DNA of 64,000 bases from an uncultured Chlamydiae bacterium. GTDB lineage: Bacteria > Chlamydiota > Chlamydiia > Chlamydiales > SM23-39. The stretch lies in the NCBI GenBank assembly GCA_963828125.1, contig CAWHDP010000001.1:381413-445412 (forward strand), given 5' to 3'. Shown here piece by piece: positions 32,201 through 43,314 of this stretch (position 1 is the first letter of the stretch; the number at the start of each line of letters is the position of its first letter). Under the pieces are notes generated by a model. The model was not told the origin of the DNA, ran no database searches, and was given only the letters and a program-made list of their open reading frames with translations. The position numbers were made by a program, and so were the translations under genes.

Positions 32201-34693
32201 AAAGGAATTATACTCCCACTCTTCAGAAAGGAGAATTTTCCCTTCCCGAGAATAAATGGTCTGAGCGGTCTGCCTTTTAAAGAGGTCATAACCATAACAG
32301 ATCTCAGTTCCATCTGGATAAAGAGTTTTTTCGAGAGTGCCGGTTTTATTGTAGAAATGACGAATTTGGGTCCCGTCAGCTTGGATGACCAGAGTGGGCT
32401 TTCTGAAAAGGTTATAAGTGTTTTGAGTCTTCTCCCTAAGCGGCATTTCAGCTAAAACGAGATTCCCGTGTATGTCATAATCGAACTTCAGGACGGGGCT
32501 ATATTTTCGCTCTTCTTCATCCTTGCATTCAGGGAGTCCTGTTGTCTTTCTATTCCCGAACAAGTCATAGGTGTGAGTTGTTTTATTCCCTCTGAAATCT
32601 GTTTGCGTGAGAATCCTCCCTTTTAGGTCATAAGAGGTAGTTGTGATTTTTCCAGTGTTGGGTTCTTCACAGGATTTAAGGCGGTTTGCCTGATCGTAAG
32701 CAAAAATCTTTTTAGAAGAGCCGACTTCTTTAGATTCTTCGAGGTTATCTTGAGCGTTATAACGATAAATATTTTCTCGGCCTAATGGGGTTGTTTTTCG
32801 TTTGACTGAACCAAAATCATTGTAGTCGGTCGTAATCGTGTACCGACTGATCCCTAATGCATCAAAAACCTCCTCAGTATGAACTCTCTGATTCAGGTAG
32901 GTGTACTTGGTGGTTTTCAACGGCTTTAGAGTTTGTGTATTGAGGTCCAAGTAAGACTCAGAAAGAGATTCCGGCAAGCCAGTGGTAGTATTGCGCTCAT
33001 ATCGTTTTTCTAGCCGCTGTGTTACGCCTCTTATGTCATTTGGTTCAAGAGAAGAACCGTCATCAACGATTTCATGAACGATCAGGTTGTCGTCATTATA
33101 AAACGAAAATTCTCGAATGAGAATGGCCCCTTTTTTGTCCTTGGTTAGTTTTGCTGTACAGAGGTCGGTACCGCCTTTGTAAAAATACTCAAAGTTAAGC
33201 CCATCTTCCTCATTTTCAGTTTTGAGGAGATTAGACTGGTCTTTATAGTAAGAATAGGTCTTTCGATAGCTCTCCCCACCGCTGCATCGCCCAGATGCAT
33301 CGATTTGGAGAGGTACTGTTTCATTTCCCGTCAGATATCCCCATAACACCTCTTCCACAACATTGCCTGCATCAAACCTAAATGTTTTTGCGAATAGGGG
33401 TTGATGGCTCTCATTAAACATTGCCTTGCAGCGCAACTCTGTCCCTTCCCAATAGAATTTTTGAAACGAACGAAGGCGACCCTTTTCATCAAAATACTCG
33501 ATAAGGTTCAAACGCTCTGAATCGTGATGGTATCGAGTGAGGAGTCCCTCAGCATCCCGCGCATCTGTTCTGTTAGGGGAGTAAGAAAAACTGGCGATCG
33601 CGATTTTTTCGCCGTTAGGTCCCACGGGGGCTATGATTTTTGCCACTTTGTCTATGTGGAATTCTTTTTTTCCTGGTTTTTTGGCCCATTTTCTCTCTTG
33701 GTCGATATTGGCTGGTAAGTGGTATTGAACGGAAAAGGGTTCTTTCCCCGCTAAATTGATCGAAGCGAGTCGAGCGCCAATACCCTTTCGTCCAGGAGTG
33801 AAATTAAACCGTTCATGAGGGCGGCAGTTGCTTTGCATCTCATTGAGGTAGTCCCGATCTTCATGGCGGGTTGTTTTATAGTGGAGTAGTTTCCCATCGG
33901 AGCCTTTGAACTTGAGTTCGAAAAACTTTCGTTTCTCTAAAGAAAAATAATCGATGTCTACCGCTGCATAAACCCTTTGGCCTCCAGGATTTGTCGATTC
34001 AATTCTTTTTAGGTGAGTTGTTTTCTTGTCATGAAAATAGCGAAGTTGGTGGCCACTTGGCCACCTCTCTACTTCGAGAAGATAAAAGGCCTTGCCTAGA
34101 CCTCCCTCCCTATTTTTATGCAAATCGGGTCCTCGATATGTTCTTTTCCCACCATCAGGGAGGAACAAAGTGGCAACTCCCGCTTTTAGGTCTAGCTGGA
34201 GAAGGTTGTTTTGCGGATTTGTCCGATTACTGAGCTTCCCTGAAGATTGGCTGATGCTCCGCGTGGGTTTTAGGAAAATCGTATGTTTTCCCCCACCCTG
34301 ATTATGACTGTAAGAATAGGGGAGCATACTTCCGTTTGGCTCGGATAGGTATGCTTTAAATTCCTTTCTATCCTGAGAGATCTCTATGAGAAGGCTGGTA
34401 TGCGGAAGCAAATTCCATCCCCCCTGCATCAACCACCCCCCGCGTATGGCCCTTAAGAGGAGATCGAAGTCTTGAGGGGTTCGCTCTAACGCCCCCGAAC
34501 TCGAGTAGGTCCTCAGAATGGGAATAGGTTGCGCCCCCTGAATCAGGGCATCTTGGAAAGAGATGTTGAGATTGCCCGTGATGACATTGACGTGATGGAA
34601 GATTGTAGGATCTTCATTTTCAGAAAATGACTGATTTGCATCGGCGAATACCAACAGAGGAACGAGTAGCAGAAGTAAGAAAATTCTCACCAT
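29249..34693 (-). pseudogene. Signal-peptide RHS toxin with alpha/beta-hydrolase tip, split by one in-frame TGA at 31031-31033
   Basis: The 1220-aa and 583-aa ORFs share a frame; core end PLNRLDLFG; tip PGNGI...HSEGG. Confidence 0.85.
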
Positions 34694-35386
34694 TTTTTTG
34701 CCCCATTAAAGGGGAGGCATTCTAAATTAGGGTCCAAGGGGTGCCTGAAGAGGGAATAGCTCAACAGAATCGATTTATACCCTTTTCCTTCTTCCCAGAA
34801 ATCAGCAGATCCTTCATCTCTTTCGCCCACTCTTCTTTCTCTTCCTCGTGTACAAAAGTGAGCTCTCTTAAATGAACCTATCTCTGTATTCTTATTCAAA
34901 TCTTAACAATGATCATTTTTGGGCAAACAAAAAACAGGATGCACAAGATCAGGCATGATGCACAGGATGCAGGGAAGCCCTGCATCCCAAAAATATTAAA
35001 TTATCCTTTGCATCATGCCGCTTGCGATCATGCATATCCTGCTATGTCATTTCGTCAAGTCATAAGACTTCTCCAGTTGTTTTGTCCTACTCGACCGTTT
35101 GATGCTGTTCGTTATTTCGGCCTTTAAAAAAAATTTAAGACCAACCTGCTATTCGAGGTCACACCCGTAAGTGCGCGCCCAAGTTGTTTATTCGAACATT
35201 AAAAAACGGGGCGCCCTGAACTGTTCTGCGTGGTCCATTTGCATGGCCACAAGGATATTGCACAAGGTCACCCCAAACTTCATCAAATCGGCTTTACGGA
35301 CATTGCCTTAATTTACTATTTTGTCTGTACTACCTTGTTTAACTTTTTAGTCTCTCGTTGGGCAAGTGCTCATAAAATTGAGGTAA

Positions 35387-35863
35387 TCACTCCAGAAATG
35401 GGACTCGGTTACCAATCTGCATATGGACCCTTTTGCCGCAATGTTCACAAGGAAGTGACACACCATAAGTACACCTATTGCATTTGTCACAATGCCACTC
35501 TCTCCAATCTCTACATGTTTTGCAAATCTCACAATGCCAACTACAATTGTCTGCAGCTACATCGTTCCAGCAAAAAGAAAACCAATAAGTTTCTTGGCAT
35601 TTAGAACAGTCATATTCTCCCAGCAAGGATTTCAAGGGAACGCTTTCGCATTCACACGGCAGTAGTATTTCTTTGGATAATTCTTTATCTTTAAGGTCTT
35701 TGACGATACGAATATTTTGTATAGCACACAATGCCAGATGTTCCGTGTCTTGTCCATTCAGAGGGTTATGGCAATTAACACAACGACATTTCTCAGTACA
35801 TCCTTGACCGTTTTTTAGACAATCGCATCGATATGTGGAACAACTTGTTTTACATTTACACAT
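35387..35863 (-). CDS. Cys-rich CXC passenger protein
   Basis: Same protein as 1440-1916. Confidence 0.8.
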   Translation of the reverse strand: MCKCKTSCSTYRCDCLKNGQGCTEKCRCVNCHNPLNGQDTEHLALCAIQNIRIVKDLKDKELSKEILLPCECESVPLKSLLGEYDCSKCQETYWFSFCWNDVAADNCSWHCEICKTCRDWREWHCDKCNRCTYGVSLPCEHCGKRVHMQIGNRVPFLE

Positions 35864-35953
35864 TTTCTAATTCGCTTCTGAAAGCTTGCTAAAACTGGAT
35901 TATTCTAGCCCAGGAGGCAAGCATCTTGCAATATGATTTCTCCTGGCAGCGAA

Positions 35954-37810
35954 TTACCCAACGAGAGGCAAACAATGTTCTACAGCTTCATTTGAGTTTC
36001 GTGCGGGTGGGTCTGCAGCAGCCGCTAGCGCTCGGTCAAAAATCACGGTTGCTAAACGAGGAATCGCATATTTCCCACGTACTCTGTCCTGTAAAAAGGA
36101 CAAAAAATTGATCTCGAGTTTTCGGCATGTCTGTTTTAGACTTAAAAAGGTGTCTCTAACTTTCTGCCCCATTTCACTACGAGTTCCCCCAGAAATTTTC
36201 AGCTTTATTTTTGCCGCACGGGCACATGTTTCCGAACTGTTATTATGCAAAGGCGTCTCCGGCCTCCGCAGAACCATAAGTAGTTCTTGCTTTTTGTCAC
36301 GAGTTTTCTCCAGTTGGTGATTCAAGGTAGGACTGGACGTTTTCTGCTGAAAAATGGCATCAAATTTTTTGCTTATGCTCTCTGCAACTTCTTGAGAGGG
36401 TGATTCTTTATAGGTTTTAAGGTCTTGATAGATATCCCATATTTGCTCTCTGACTTGTTCCAATTCAGATCGAGACTTGTCAGTTGTCATGAGGAGCTTT
36501 CTATAGTGCCTATCTTCATGAATCCAGCATAGCGAATGTTGAAATACATAAAACTGCCCTGCATCATCACTATGCACACCCAGTTCGCGTGAGATTCCAT
36601 TTTGTATCACAGATGCATACAAAGCTGCTTCTGTGAGAAAACGAACTTCTGATTCCTTCGTAACATTACGTTCCCTTAAAAATTGCTCCCATTCTGCGAG
36701 TGTTGCAAATTTGCTATTTAAGGACAGAGAGACATAGCCAGGCAGATACTCAGCAACGTTCACATGTGACAGATATTCCAGGGTATCTTGATTGATCACA
36801 TATTCTTCTTTTCCATTTTGAAGCAATTGGAGAAAATTTTTCCGGCTCTTACTTTCTGTCGTTGTAAAAATACTGAACCAACGATTCCCTATGACCGTTG
36901 TGTACTGATTTTGCCCATTATGCCGACCGCCTGTATCGTCCACTTGCACCTGGTTTTCTACACTTGTGGCAGCAAGCATTAGCTCTGCAGCTTCTTCAAT
37001 GAAAGGGTTCTTGTTCTCAATTAAAATATTGTTCAGTTGGCCTGCGGAAATCAAAATATCGATAGCGCGTAGCTGGTCTAATAGAAGATGCTCTGTAACA
37101 CGGCAAGCATGGTATTGGTGAAGGATGTAAGTCACCAATTCTGGGCCATAGTGCCCATGGATATCTTTAGGGAGTTGCCCTGTTACGTAAGTGCCATCAG
37201 GTAGTTCCCATCGAGCCAATTTGTATTGGATATTGTGTGGTTTAAGGAGGATGTCTTGCACTGTATAATGGCAATAACCTTTGAATTTAGCGCCATCCGG
37301 AATATTTTCAGGCTGAATTTCCAATTTGGTGTGGATTTCTAGTACTGTTTTTTTCTTTTTACGTTTCTTGCCTCTTGGTTGCCCAGGTTTTCCAATTCTC
37401 CTAATATTTTTGATCATCAGTCTAGCTAATCGAGAAAGTTCAACTGTTCGTTCTTGCAACAAAGGTGAAGTGATTATGAAAAAATCGCGAGACGACAATG
37501 AAACATCAAAACTCGTTGTGAATTGCGCGGGTGAAATGAACAAAACGCGCATCTCGTGGACATCGATGAGGCTAATTCGTTTATATAGATCGGGCTTGTT
37601 CTTTTTCCCTTCCAGGTTATTGGGGGGAATGTCCGGTTTTGGCTTCTGTCCTTTGAGGCGAGCAATTTCATCTTTGAGTTGCTGGATCAGTTCTTTTTGT
37701 GCAGCCAAGGCATTGGTCATTGTATCAATTTGTTGACGGAGTTGGAAGTTTTCGTTAGAAAGCTGATCGATAAGAGAAGAGGAAATTTGAACTTTTGAGG
37801 AATCTTGCAT
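35954..37810 (-). CDS. IS66-family transposase
   Basis: N-terminal coiled coil plus IS66-type DDE motifs. Confidence 0.9.
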   Translation of the reverse strand: MQDSSKVQISSSLIDQLSNENFQLRQQIDTMTNALAAQKELIQQLKDEIARLKGQKPKPDIPPNNLEGKKNKPDLYKRISLIDVHEMRVLFISPAQFTTSFDVSLSSRDFFIITSPLLQERTVELSRLARLMIKNIRRIGKPGQPRGKKRKKKKTVLEIHTKLEIQPENIPDGAKFKGYCHYTVQDILLKPHNIQYKLARWELPDGTYVTGQLPKDIHGHYGPELVTYILHQYHACRVTEHLLLDQLRAIDILISAGQLNNILIENKNPFIEEAAELMLAATSVENQVQVDDTGGRHNGQNQYTTVIGNRWFSIFTTTESKSRKNFLQLLQNGKEEYVINQDTLEYLSHVNVAEYLPGYVSLSLNSKFATLAEWEQFLRERNVTKESEVRFLTEAALYASVIQNGISRELGVHSDDAGQFYVFQHSLCWIHEDRHYRKLLMTTDKSRSELEQVREQIWDIYQDLKTYKESPSQEVAESISKKFDAIFQQKTSSPTLNHQLEKTRDKKQELLMVLRRPETPLHNNSSETCARAAKIKLKISGGTRSEMGQKVRDTFLSLKQTCRKLEINFLSFLQDRVRGKYAIPRLATVIFDRALAAAADPPARNSNEAVEHCLPLVG

Positions 37811-38044
37811 TTGTGCATGCCTTGTATGGCTGGATACAATAGCAAATGTTTAGAAAACAATCACCTAAATTTTTTATTCAACGAACACAGATTAGACGGT
37901 GAAAAACAGTGCCCATGAAATCGAGGTAATCGGGGCCCCGCTTCGGGGTGATTACCTCAGTTTTATGAGCAGTTGCCTCGTTGGCAAGAGTTCAATTACA
38001 TTTTTTTCCTCGAGAGCAAAGCGGAGTAAATTGCTCTTCGCAAT

Positions 38045-39145
38045 TTACGGAGTCACGTTAGCCAGCTGAGATTCTTGGACAGCCACGCTTTTCTCTTCTG
38101 CTTTTCCATTTTTAGTTGATGGGATACGATACAATTCGCCCGTTCTAAAACAAGCGTGGATGCGACCAATCAATCGCCTTGCTATGCCTATAATCGCCCT
38201 TTTCTTTCCAATTCTGGTTGAAAGCCTCAGAAAAATTTCTTCGAGAGAAGAGTCTATGCCAATCGCTTTCCAAGCTGTCTGTACCAATATTTTTCGCAAA
38301 ATAGGTTTCCCGTGCCGAGTAATATGGCCTTGGCGAACGTGTTCGCCAGATGAGTATTCGCTCGGAGTAAGTCCCGTATAGCTAAAGAGTGTTTTCTCAT
38401 TGCTAAATTGTAAAGTGTCTTCAAGCTCATTGGCCAAAACTCGAGCGGACACCTCTCCTATTCCTGGAACGCTCCTGTAAATCGCCTCTATAGCCCCATC
38501 TTTCTGTGCTTGAACAGCCAGTTCCCGATTTATTTCCTTGATTTTTGCGGTCATTTGGCGCCATTGGGCGAGATAATTTGCAATAGCAAATTTTAGCCCT
38601 GCAGATAGTGGCATTGTCTCGAGAACTTTTGCCCACTTTTCGGAGATTTTTTTCTTGTCATCAGCGCGAATCAAGCCGTGTTGAAAAAGCAATGATTTTA
38701 ACTGGCAAGCAAAACGTGATCGTTGCCGAGTAAAGGTTTCTCGTAGTCGTGTTACAGCCCTATAGTCCTCGCGCTCGACCGAAGGAACGCGTATTCCACG
38801 CAACCTTCCGACTGAAAGATGAGTGGCTAATTTCAGAGAGTCTCGTTTATCTGTTTTTACTCGATCTCCGACAGCAACCTCCATTCCAGCTGCGTCTACC
38901 ACTATATTTGTAATGCCCTGCGCTTTTAAACATCGATGTAAATAAAAGCCGCAAAACCCAGCTTCATAAGCGCTCTCGATTTTGGCTCCAATAAAATATT
39001 TTTTGCAGTAAGCTACCAAAATGGCAGGGTCTGCTTTTAAGGTGTCTTTCTTCACGACCTGACCATCACAAATTGCAGTCACGGCGTAAGTTTTTTTATG
39101 CACGTCCATTCCCAAATAAACAGTTTTGTTTGTATAGTTCCTCAT
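38045..39145 (-). CDS. IS110-family transposase
   Basis: GMDVHK, YEAG, KTDKRDS, GLTPSEYSSG. Confidence 0.93.
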   Translation of the reverse strand: MRNYTNKTVYLGMDVHKKTYAVTAICDGQVVKKDTLKADPAILVAYCKKYFIGAKIESAYEAGFCGFYLHRCLKAQGITNIVVDAAGMEVAVGDRVKTDKRDSLKLATHLSVGRLRGIRVPSVEREDYRAVTRLRETFTRQRSRFACQLKSLLFQHGLIRADDKKKISEKWAKVLETMPLSAGLKFAIANYLAQWRQMTAKIKEINRELAVQAQKDGAIEAIYRSVPGIGEVSARVLANELEDTLQFSNEKTLFSYTGLTPSEYSSGEHVRQGHITRHGKPILRKILVQTAWKAIGIDSSLEEIFLRLSTRIGKKRAIIGIARRLIGRIHACFRTGELYRIPSTKNGKAEEKSVAVQESQLANVTP

Positions 39146-39319
39146 AAGCGGACCTCCGGTTGGTTTGTTTCTAGTTAAAACATCTTTTAACCGGAGTGTT
39201 CGCCCTTTTCAAGGGGAGAGGTCCCTTGGGGGGCGCTTATTTAGAAATGAGCATAGCAACTGTTCCTTGTATTGGTTATCAGACAATTGCAACTAAAGTT
39301 AATATCATGTTAAGAATGA

Positions 39320-39570
39320 GGAGATAGACTCATGGTGTGCATTGCATAGAGCATGGATAGCTTGATTATAGGAAAAATAGGGAAACCAGTGATCATGCAC
39401 GGCAAATCCATTGAATTTCGGCAAAATGCCTGCGGCATCCATAGCCTCCTGTCCCCGTTTCGGATGCAGTGTATAAAGTGTTGCCATTTGAGAAGAGGCC
39501 ACGTGGACCCAATGCAACTTTTTCTCACATCGCATCCCACTTTCGTCAAAATGCAGAACTCGGCCAGCGA
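39320..39570 (-). pseudogene. Canonical IS66 TnpC fragment
   Basis: [27 protein letters not shown]. Confidence 0.8.
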
Positions 39571-40678
39571 TCAGGTACAATTTGACACTCCTGAAGAATT
39601 AATGAGATTATTACTTGTTTTTTGTAGAATCTTGGCGTTATGCCCCTTGGTGAAGTGAGCGTAACGGCGGGTCATTGCTGGTGAATCATGGCCAAGGATT
39701 TCCATTAGTTCGCTTTGGGTTGGCTCCGTTCATCGCTAGATGTGAGGCGCAGGTATGTCGGAGGTCATGATATTTAAAGTCTTGTAGGCCAGTTTTTTTG
39801 ACTGCTTTTTGAAAGGCTTTTCTGATCATGGAATAGGGGTGACGCTTGGCTGCGTTTTTGGGTGGAAATACAAATTCTTCTGGAGTCTTTTGTCTGTCTA
39901 TCCCTTTGAGATAGGTTGTTATTTGAGTAGGCAGCGGCACGAAGCGTGTATTGCCATTTTTCGTCATTTCGAGCATGACAAAACCGTTATCGAAATCAAT
40001 GTGTTTCCAGCGGAGGTCGGCGACTTCACCAAAACGTAGCCCCATTGATGCAGCAATGAGTACCATGCCATACAGATGGGGGTTTTTACTCTCTTTGCAG
40101 GATTCAAGGAGGGCGTTTAGTTCTGGGCGGGCTAGAAAACGGGTTCGTCCCTTAGTTTCTTTTAGCTTGGACACTCGCCGGAAGGGGTTGTCATTGATCC
40201 ACTGCCATTCCTGAAAGGCTAGGGTGAAGGCTCTGCTTAAGGAGGAAAAATAGCGGTTTACAGTGGAATTTGAGCGAGGTTTTTTGTGGAAGGTAATGCC
40301 ATTGCGAAGGATTTCCTTTGCCTCGGCGAGAAGGGATGGAGTGATGTCCCCGAGTACTTTGTTTCCATAGTTTTCTTTCCACCAATCTAGGTGTGAGGTC
40401 TGATCTTTAAGGCGGCGGGGGAATTTACTGAGGTGAAGGCGTGTATATTGGTCGATTAAGTCGGAGAGGGTATGCTTACGGGCCTTATTGTCCTGTATGT
40501 GGTTTCCTTCCAAAAGGGAGCTTTCAACCTTGCGTACCCAGTTTTTAGCATCTGTCAGGGTGCGGAACGATTCTCGGAGGGGTTTAGCGTTCTTGCGACG
40601 GACTTCAGCATGATAGCTGATAGATCCATCTTTTTTTACATATTTGCGAATACATCTGATATTGTCGGAGCTTTTCAT
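39571..40678 (-). pseudogene. Tyrosine integrase with a +1 frameshift near 39720
   Basis: GLRFGE and HDLRH in frame; LGHDSPAMTRRYAH lies in the shifted frame. Confidence 0.88.
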
Positions 40679-40865
40679 AATATTTTGGAACCAAGTAATG
40701 CAACTGCTCATAAAACTGAGGTAATCACCCCGAAGCGGGGCCCCGATTACCTCGATTTCATGGGCACTGTTTTTCACCGTCTAATCTGTGTTCGTTGAAT
40801 AAAAAATTTAGGTGATTGTTTTCTAAACATTTGCTATTGTATCCAGCCATACAAGGCATGCACAA

Positions 40866-42722
40866 ATGCAAGATTCCTCAAAAGTTCAAATTTCCTCTTC
40901 TCTTATCGATCAGCTTTCTAACGAAAACTTCCAACTCCGTCAACAAATTGATACAATGACCAATGCCTTGGCTGCACAAAAAGAACTGATCCAGCAACTC
41001 AAAGATGAAATTGCTCGCCTCAAAGGACAGAAGCCAAAACCGGACATTCCCCCCAATAACCTGGAAGGGAAAAAGAACAAGCCCGATCTATATAAACGAA
41101 TTAGCCTCATCGATGTCCACGAGATGCGCGTTTTGTTCATTTCACCCGCGCAATTCACAACGAGTTTTGATGTTTCATTGTCGTCTCGCGATTTTTTCAT
41201 AATCACTTCACCTTTGTTGCAAGAACGAACAGTTGAACTTTCTCGATTAGCTAGACTGATGATCAAAAATATTAGGAGAATTGGAAAACCTGGGCAACCA
41301 AGAGGCAAGAAACGTAAAAAGAAAAAAACAGTACTAGAAATCCACACCAAATTGGAAATTCAGCCTGAAAATATTCCGGATGGCGCTAAATTCAAAGGTT
41401 ATTGCCATTATACAGTGCAAGACATCCTCCTTAAACCACACAATATCCAATACAAATTGGCTCGATGGGAACTACCTGATGGCACTTACGTAACAGGGCA
41501 ACTCCCTAAAGATATCCATGGGCACTATGGCCCAGAATTGGTGACTTACATCCTTCACCAATACCATGCTTGCCGTGTTACAGAGCATCTTCTATTAGAC
41601 CAGCTACGCGCTATCGGTATTTTGATTTCCGCAGGCCAACTGAACAATATTTTAATTGAGAACAAGAACCCTTTCATTGAAGAAGCTGCAGAGCTAATGC
41701 TTGCTGCCACAAGTGTAGAAAACCAGGTGCAAGTGGACGATACAGGCGGTCGGCATAATGGGCAAAATCAGTACACAACGGTCATAGGGAATCGTTGGTT
41801 CAGTATTTTTACAACGACAGAAAGTAAGAGCCGGAAAAATTTTCTCCAATTGCTTCAAAATGGAAAAGAAGAATATGTGATCAATCAAGATACCCTGGAA
41901 TATCTGTCACATGTGAACGTTGCTGAGTATCTGCCTGGCTATGTCTCTCTGTCCTTAAATAGCAAATTTGCAACACTCGCAGAATGGGAGCAATTTTTAA
42001 GGGAACGTAATGTTACGAAGGAATCAGAAGTTCGTTTTCTCACAGAAGCAGCTTTGTATGCATCTGTGATACAAAATGGAATCTCACGCGAACTGGGTGT
42101 GCATAGTGATGATGCAGGGCAGTTTTATGTATTTCAACATTCGCTATGCTGGATTCATGAAGATAGGCACTATAGAAAGCTCCTCATGACAACTGACAAG
42201 TCTCGATCTGAATTGGAACAAGTCAGAGAGCAAATATGGGATATCTATCAAGACCTTAAAACCTATAAAGAATCACCCTCTCAAGAAGTTGCAGAGAGCA
42301 TAAGCAAAAAATTTGATGCCATTTTTCAGCAGAAAACGTCCAGTCCTACCTTGAATCACCAACTGGAGAAAACTCGTGACAAAAAGCAAGAACTACTTAT
42401 GGTTCTGCGGAGGCCGGAGACGCCTTTGCATAATAACAGTTCGGAAACATGTGCCCGTGCGGCAAAAATAAAGCTGAAAATTTCTGGGGGAACTCGTAGT
42501 GAAATGGGGCAGAAAGTTAGAGACACCTTTTTAAGTCTAAAACAGACATGCCGAAAACTCGAGATCAATTTTTTGTCCTTTTTACAGGACAGAGTACGTG
42601 GGAAATATGCGATTCCTCGTTTAGCAACCGTGATTTTTGACCGAGCGCTAGCGGCTGCTGCAGACCCACCCGCACGAAACTCAAATGAAGCTGTAGAACA
42701 TTGTTTGCCTCTCGTTGGGTAA
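40866..42722 (+). CDS. IS66-family transposase
   Basis: Near-identical to copy 2. Confidence 0.9.
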   Translation: MQDSSKVQISSSLIDQLSNENFQLRQQIDTMTNALAAQKELIQQLKDEIARLKGQKPKPDIPPNNLEGKKNKPDLYKRISLIDVHEMRVLFISPAQFTTSFDVSLSSRDFFIITSPLLQERTVELSRLARLMIKNIRRIGKPGQPRGKKRKKKKTVLEIHTKLEIQPENIPDGAKFKGYCHYTVQDILLKPHNIQYKLARWELPDGTYVTGQLPKDIHGHYGPELVTYILHQYHACRVTEHLLLDQLRAIGILISAGQLNNILIENKNPFIEEAAELMLAATSVENQVQVDDTGGRHNGQNQYTTVIGNRWFSIFTTTESKSRKNFLQLLQNGKEEYVINQDTLEYLSHVNVAEYLPGYVSLSLNSKFATLAEWEQFLRERNVTKESEVRFLTEAALYASVIQNGISRELGVHSDDAGQFYVFQHSLCWIHEDRHYRKLLMTTDKSRSELEQVREQIWDIYQDLKTYKESPSQEVAESISKKFDAIFQQKTSSPTLNHQLEKTRDKKQELLMVLRRPETPLHNNSSETCARAAKIKLKISGGTRSEMGQKVRDTFLSLKQTCRKLEINFLSFLQDRVRGKYAIPRLATVIFDRALAAAADPPARNSNEAVEHCLPLVG

Positions 42723-42812
42723 TTCGCTGCCAGGAGAAATCACATTGCAAGATGCTTGCCTCCTGGGCTAGAATAATCCAGTTTTAGCAAGCTTTCAGAA
42801 GCGAATTAGAAA

Positions 42813-43289
42813 ATGTGTAAATGTAAAACAAGTTGTTCCACATATCGATGCGATTGTCTAAAAAACGGTCAAGGATGTACTGAGAAATGTCGTTGTGTTA
42901 ATTGCCATAACCCTCTGAATGGACAAGACACGGAACATCTGGCATTGTGTGCTATACAAAATATTCGTATCGTCAAAGACCTTAAAGATAAAGAATTATC
43001 CAAAGAAATACTACTGCCGTGTGAATGCGAAAGCGTTCCCTTGAAATCCTTGCTGGGAGAATATGACTGTTCTAAATGCCAAGAAACTTATTGGTTTTCT
43101 TTTTGCTGGAACGATGTAGCTGCAGACAATTGTAGTTGGCATTGTGAGATTTGCAAAACATGTAGAGATTGGAGAGAGTGGCATTGTGACAAATGCAATA
43201 GGTGTACTTATGGTGTGTCACTTCCTTGTGAACATTGCGGCAAAAGGGTCCATATGCAGATTGGTAACCGAGTCCCATTTCTGGAGTGA
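42813..43289 (+). CDS. Cys-rich CXC passenger protein
   Basis: Same protein as 1440-1916. Confidence 0.8.
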   Translation: MCKCKTSCSTYRCDCLKNGQGCTEKCRCVNCHNPLNGQDTEHLALCAIQNIRIVKDLKDKELSKEILLPCECESVPLKSLLGEYDCSKCQETYWFSFCWNDVAADNCSWHCEICKTCRDWREWHCDKCNRCTYGVSLPCEHCGKRVHMQIGNRVPFLE

Positions 43290-43314
43290 TTACCTCAATT
43301 TTATGAGCACTTGC

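Larger units (their letters stand above)
35362..37976 (-). mobile_element. IS66-like element copy 2 (2615 bp)
   Basis: About 29-bp TIRs GCAA(G/C)TGCTCATAAAA(T/C)TGAGGTAATCAC; 8-bp TSD CTCGTTGG at 35354-35361 and 37977-37984. Confidence 0.95.
35146..39262 (-). mobile_element. IS110-family element (approximate ends) with IS66 nested in its 3' non-coding region
   Basis: Transposase at 38045-39145; CTG at both proposed ends with inner GCTAT/ATAGC inverted motif; the IS66 TSD shows the two flanks are contiguous. Confidence 0.55.
40700..43314 (+). mobile_element. IS66-like element copy 3 (no TSD)
   Basis: Same TIRs and length as copy 2; flanks CAAGTAAT and TGTGAACG differ. Confidence 0.93.

Noticed and set aside
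40679..40777. N-terminal extension of the integrase ORF 39686-40777
   Set aside because: Most of it is IS66 terminal sequence read in frame
35362..43314. Composite transposon formed by the two inverted IS66 copies
   Set aside because: Copy 2 has its own TSD and the outer flanks do not match, so independent insertions are more likely
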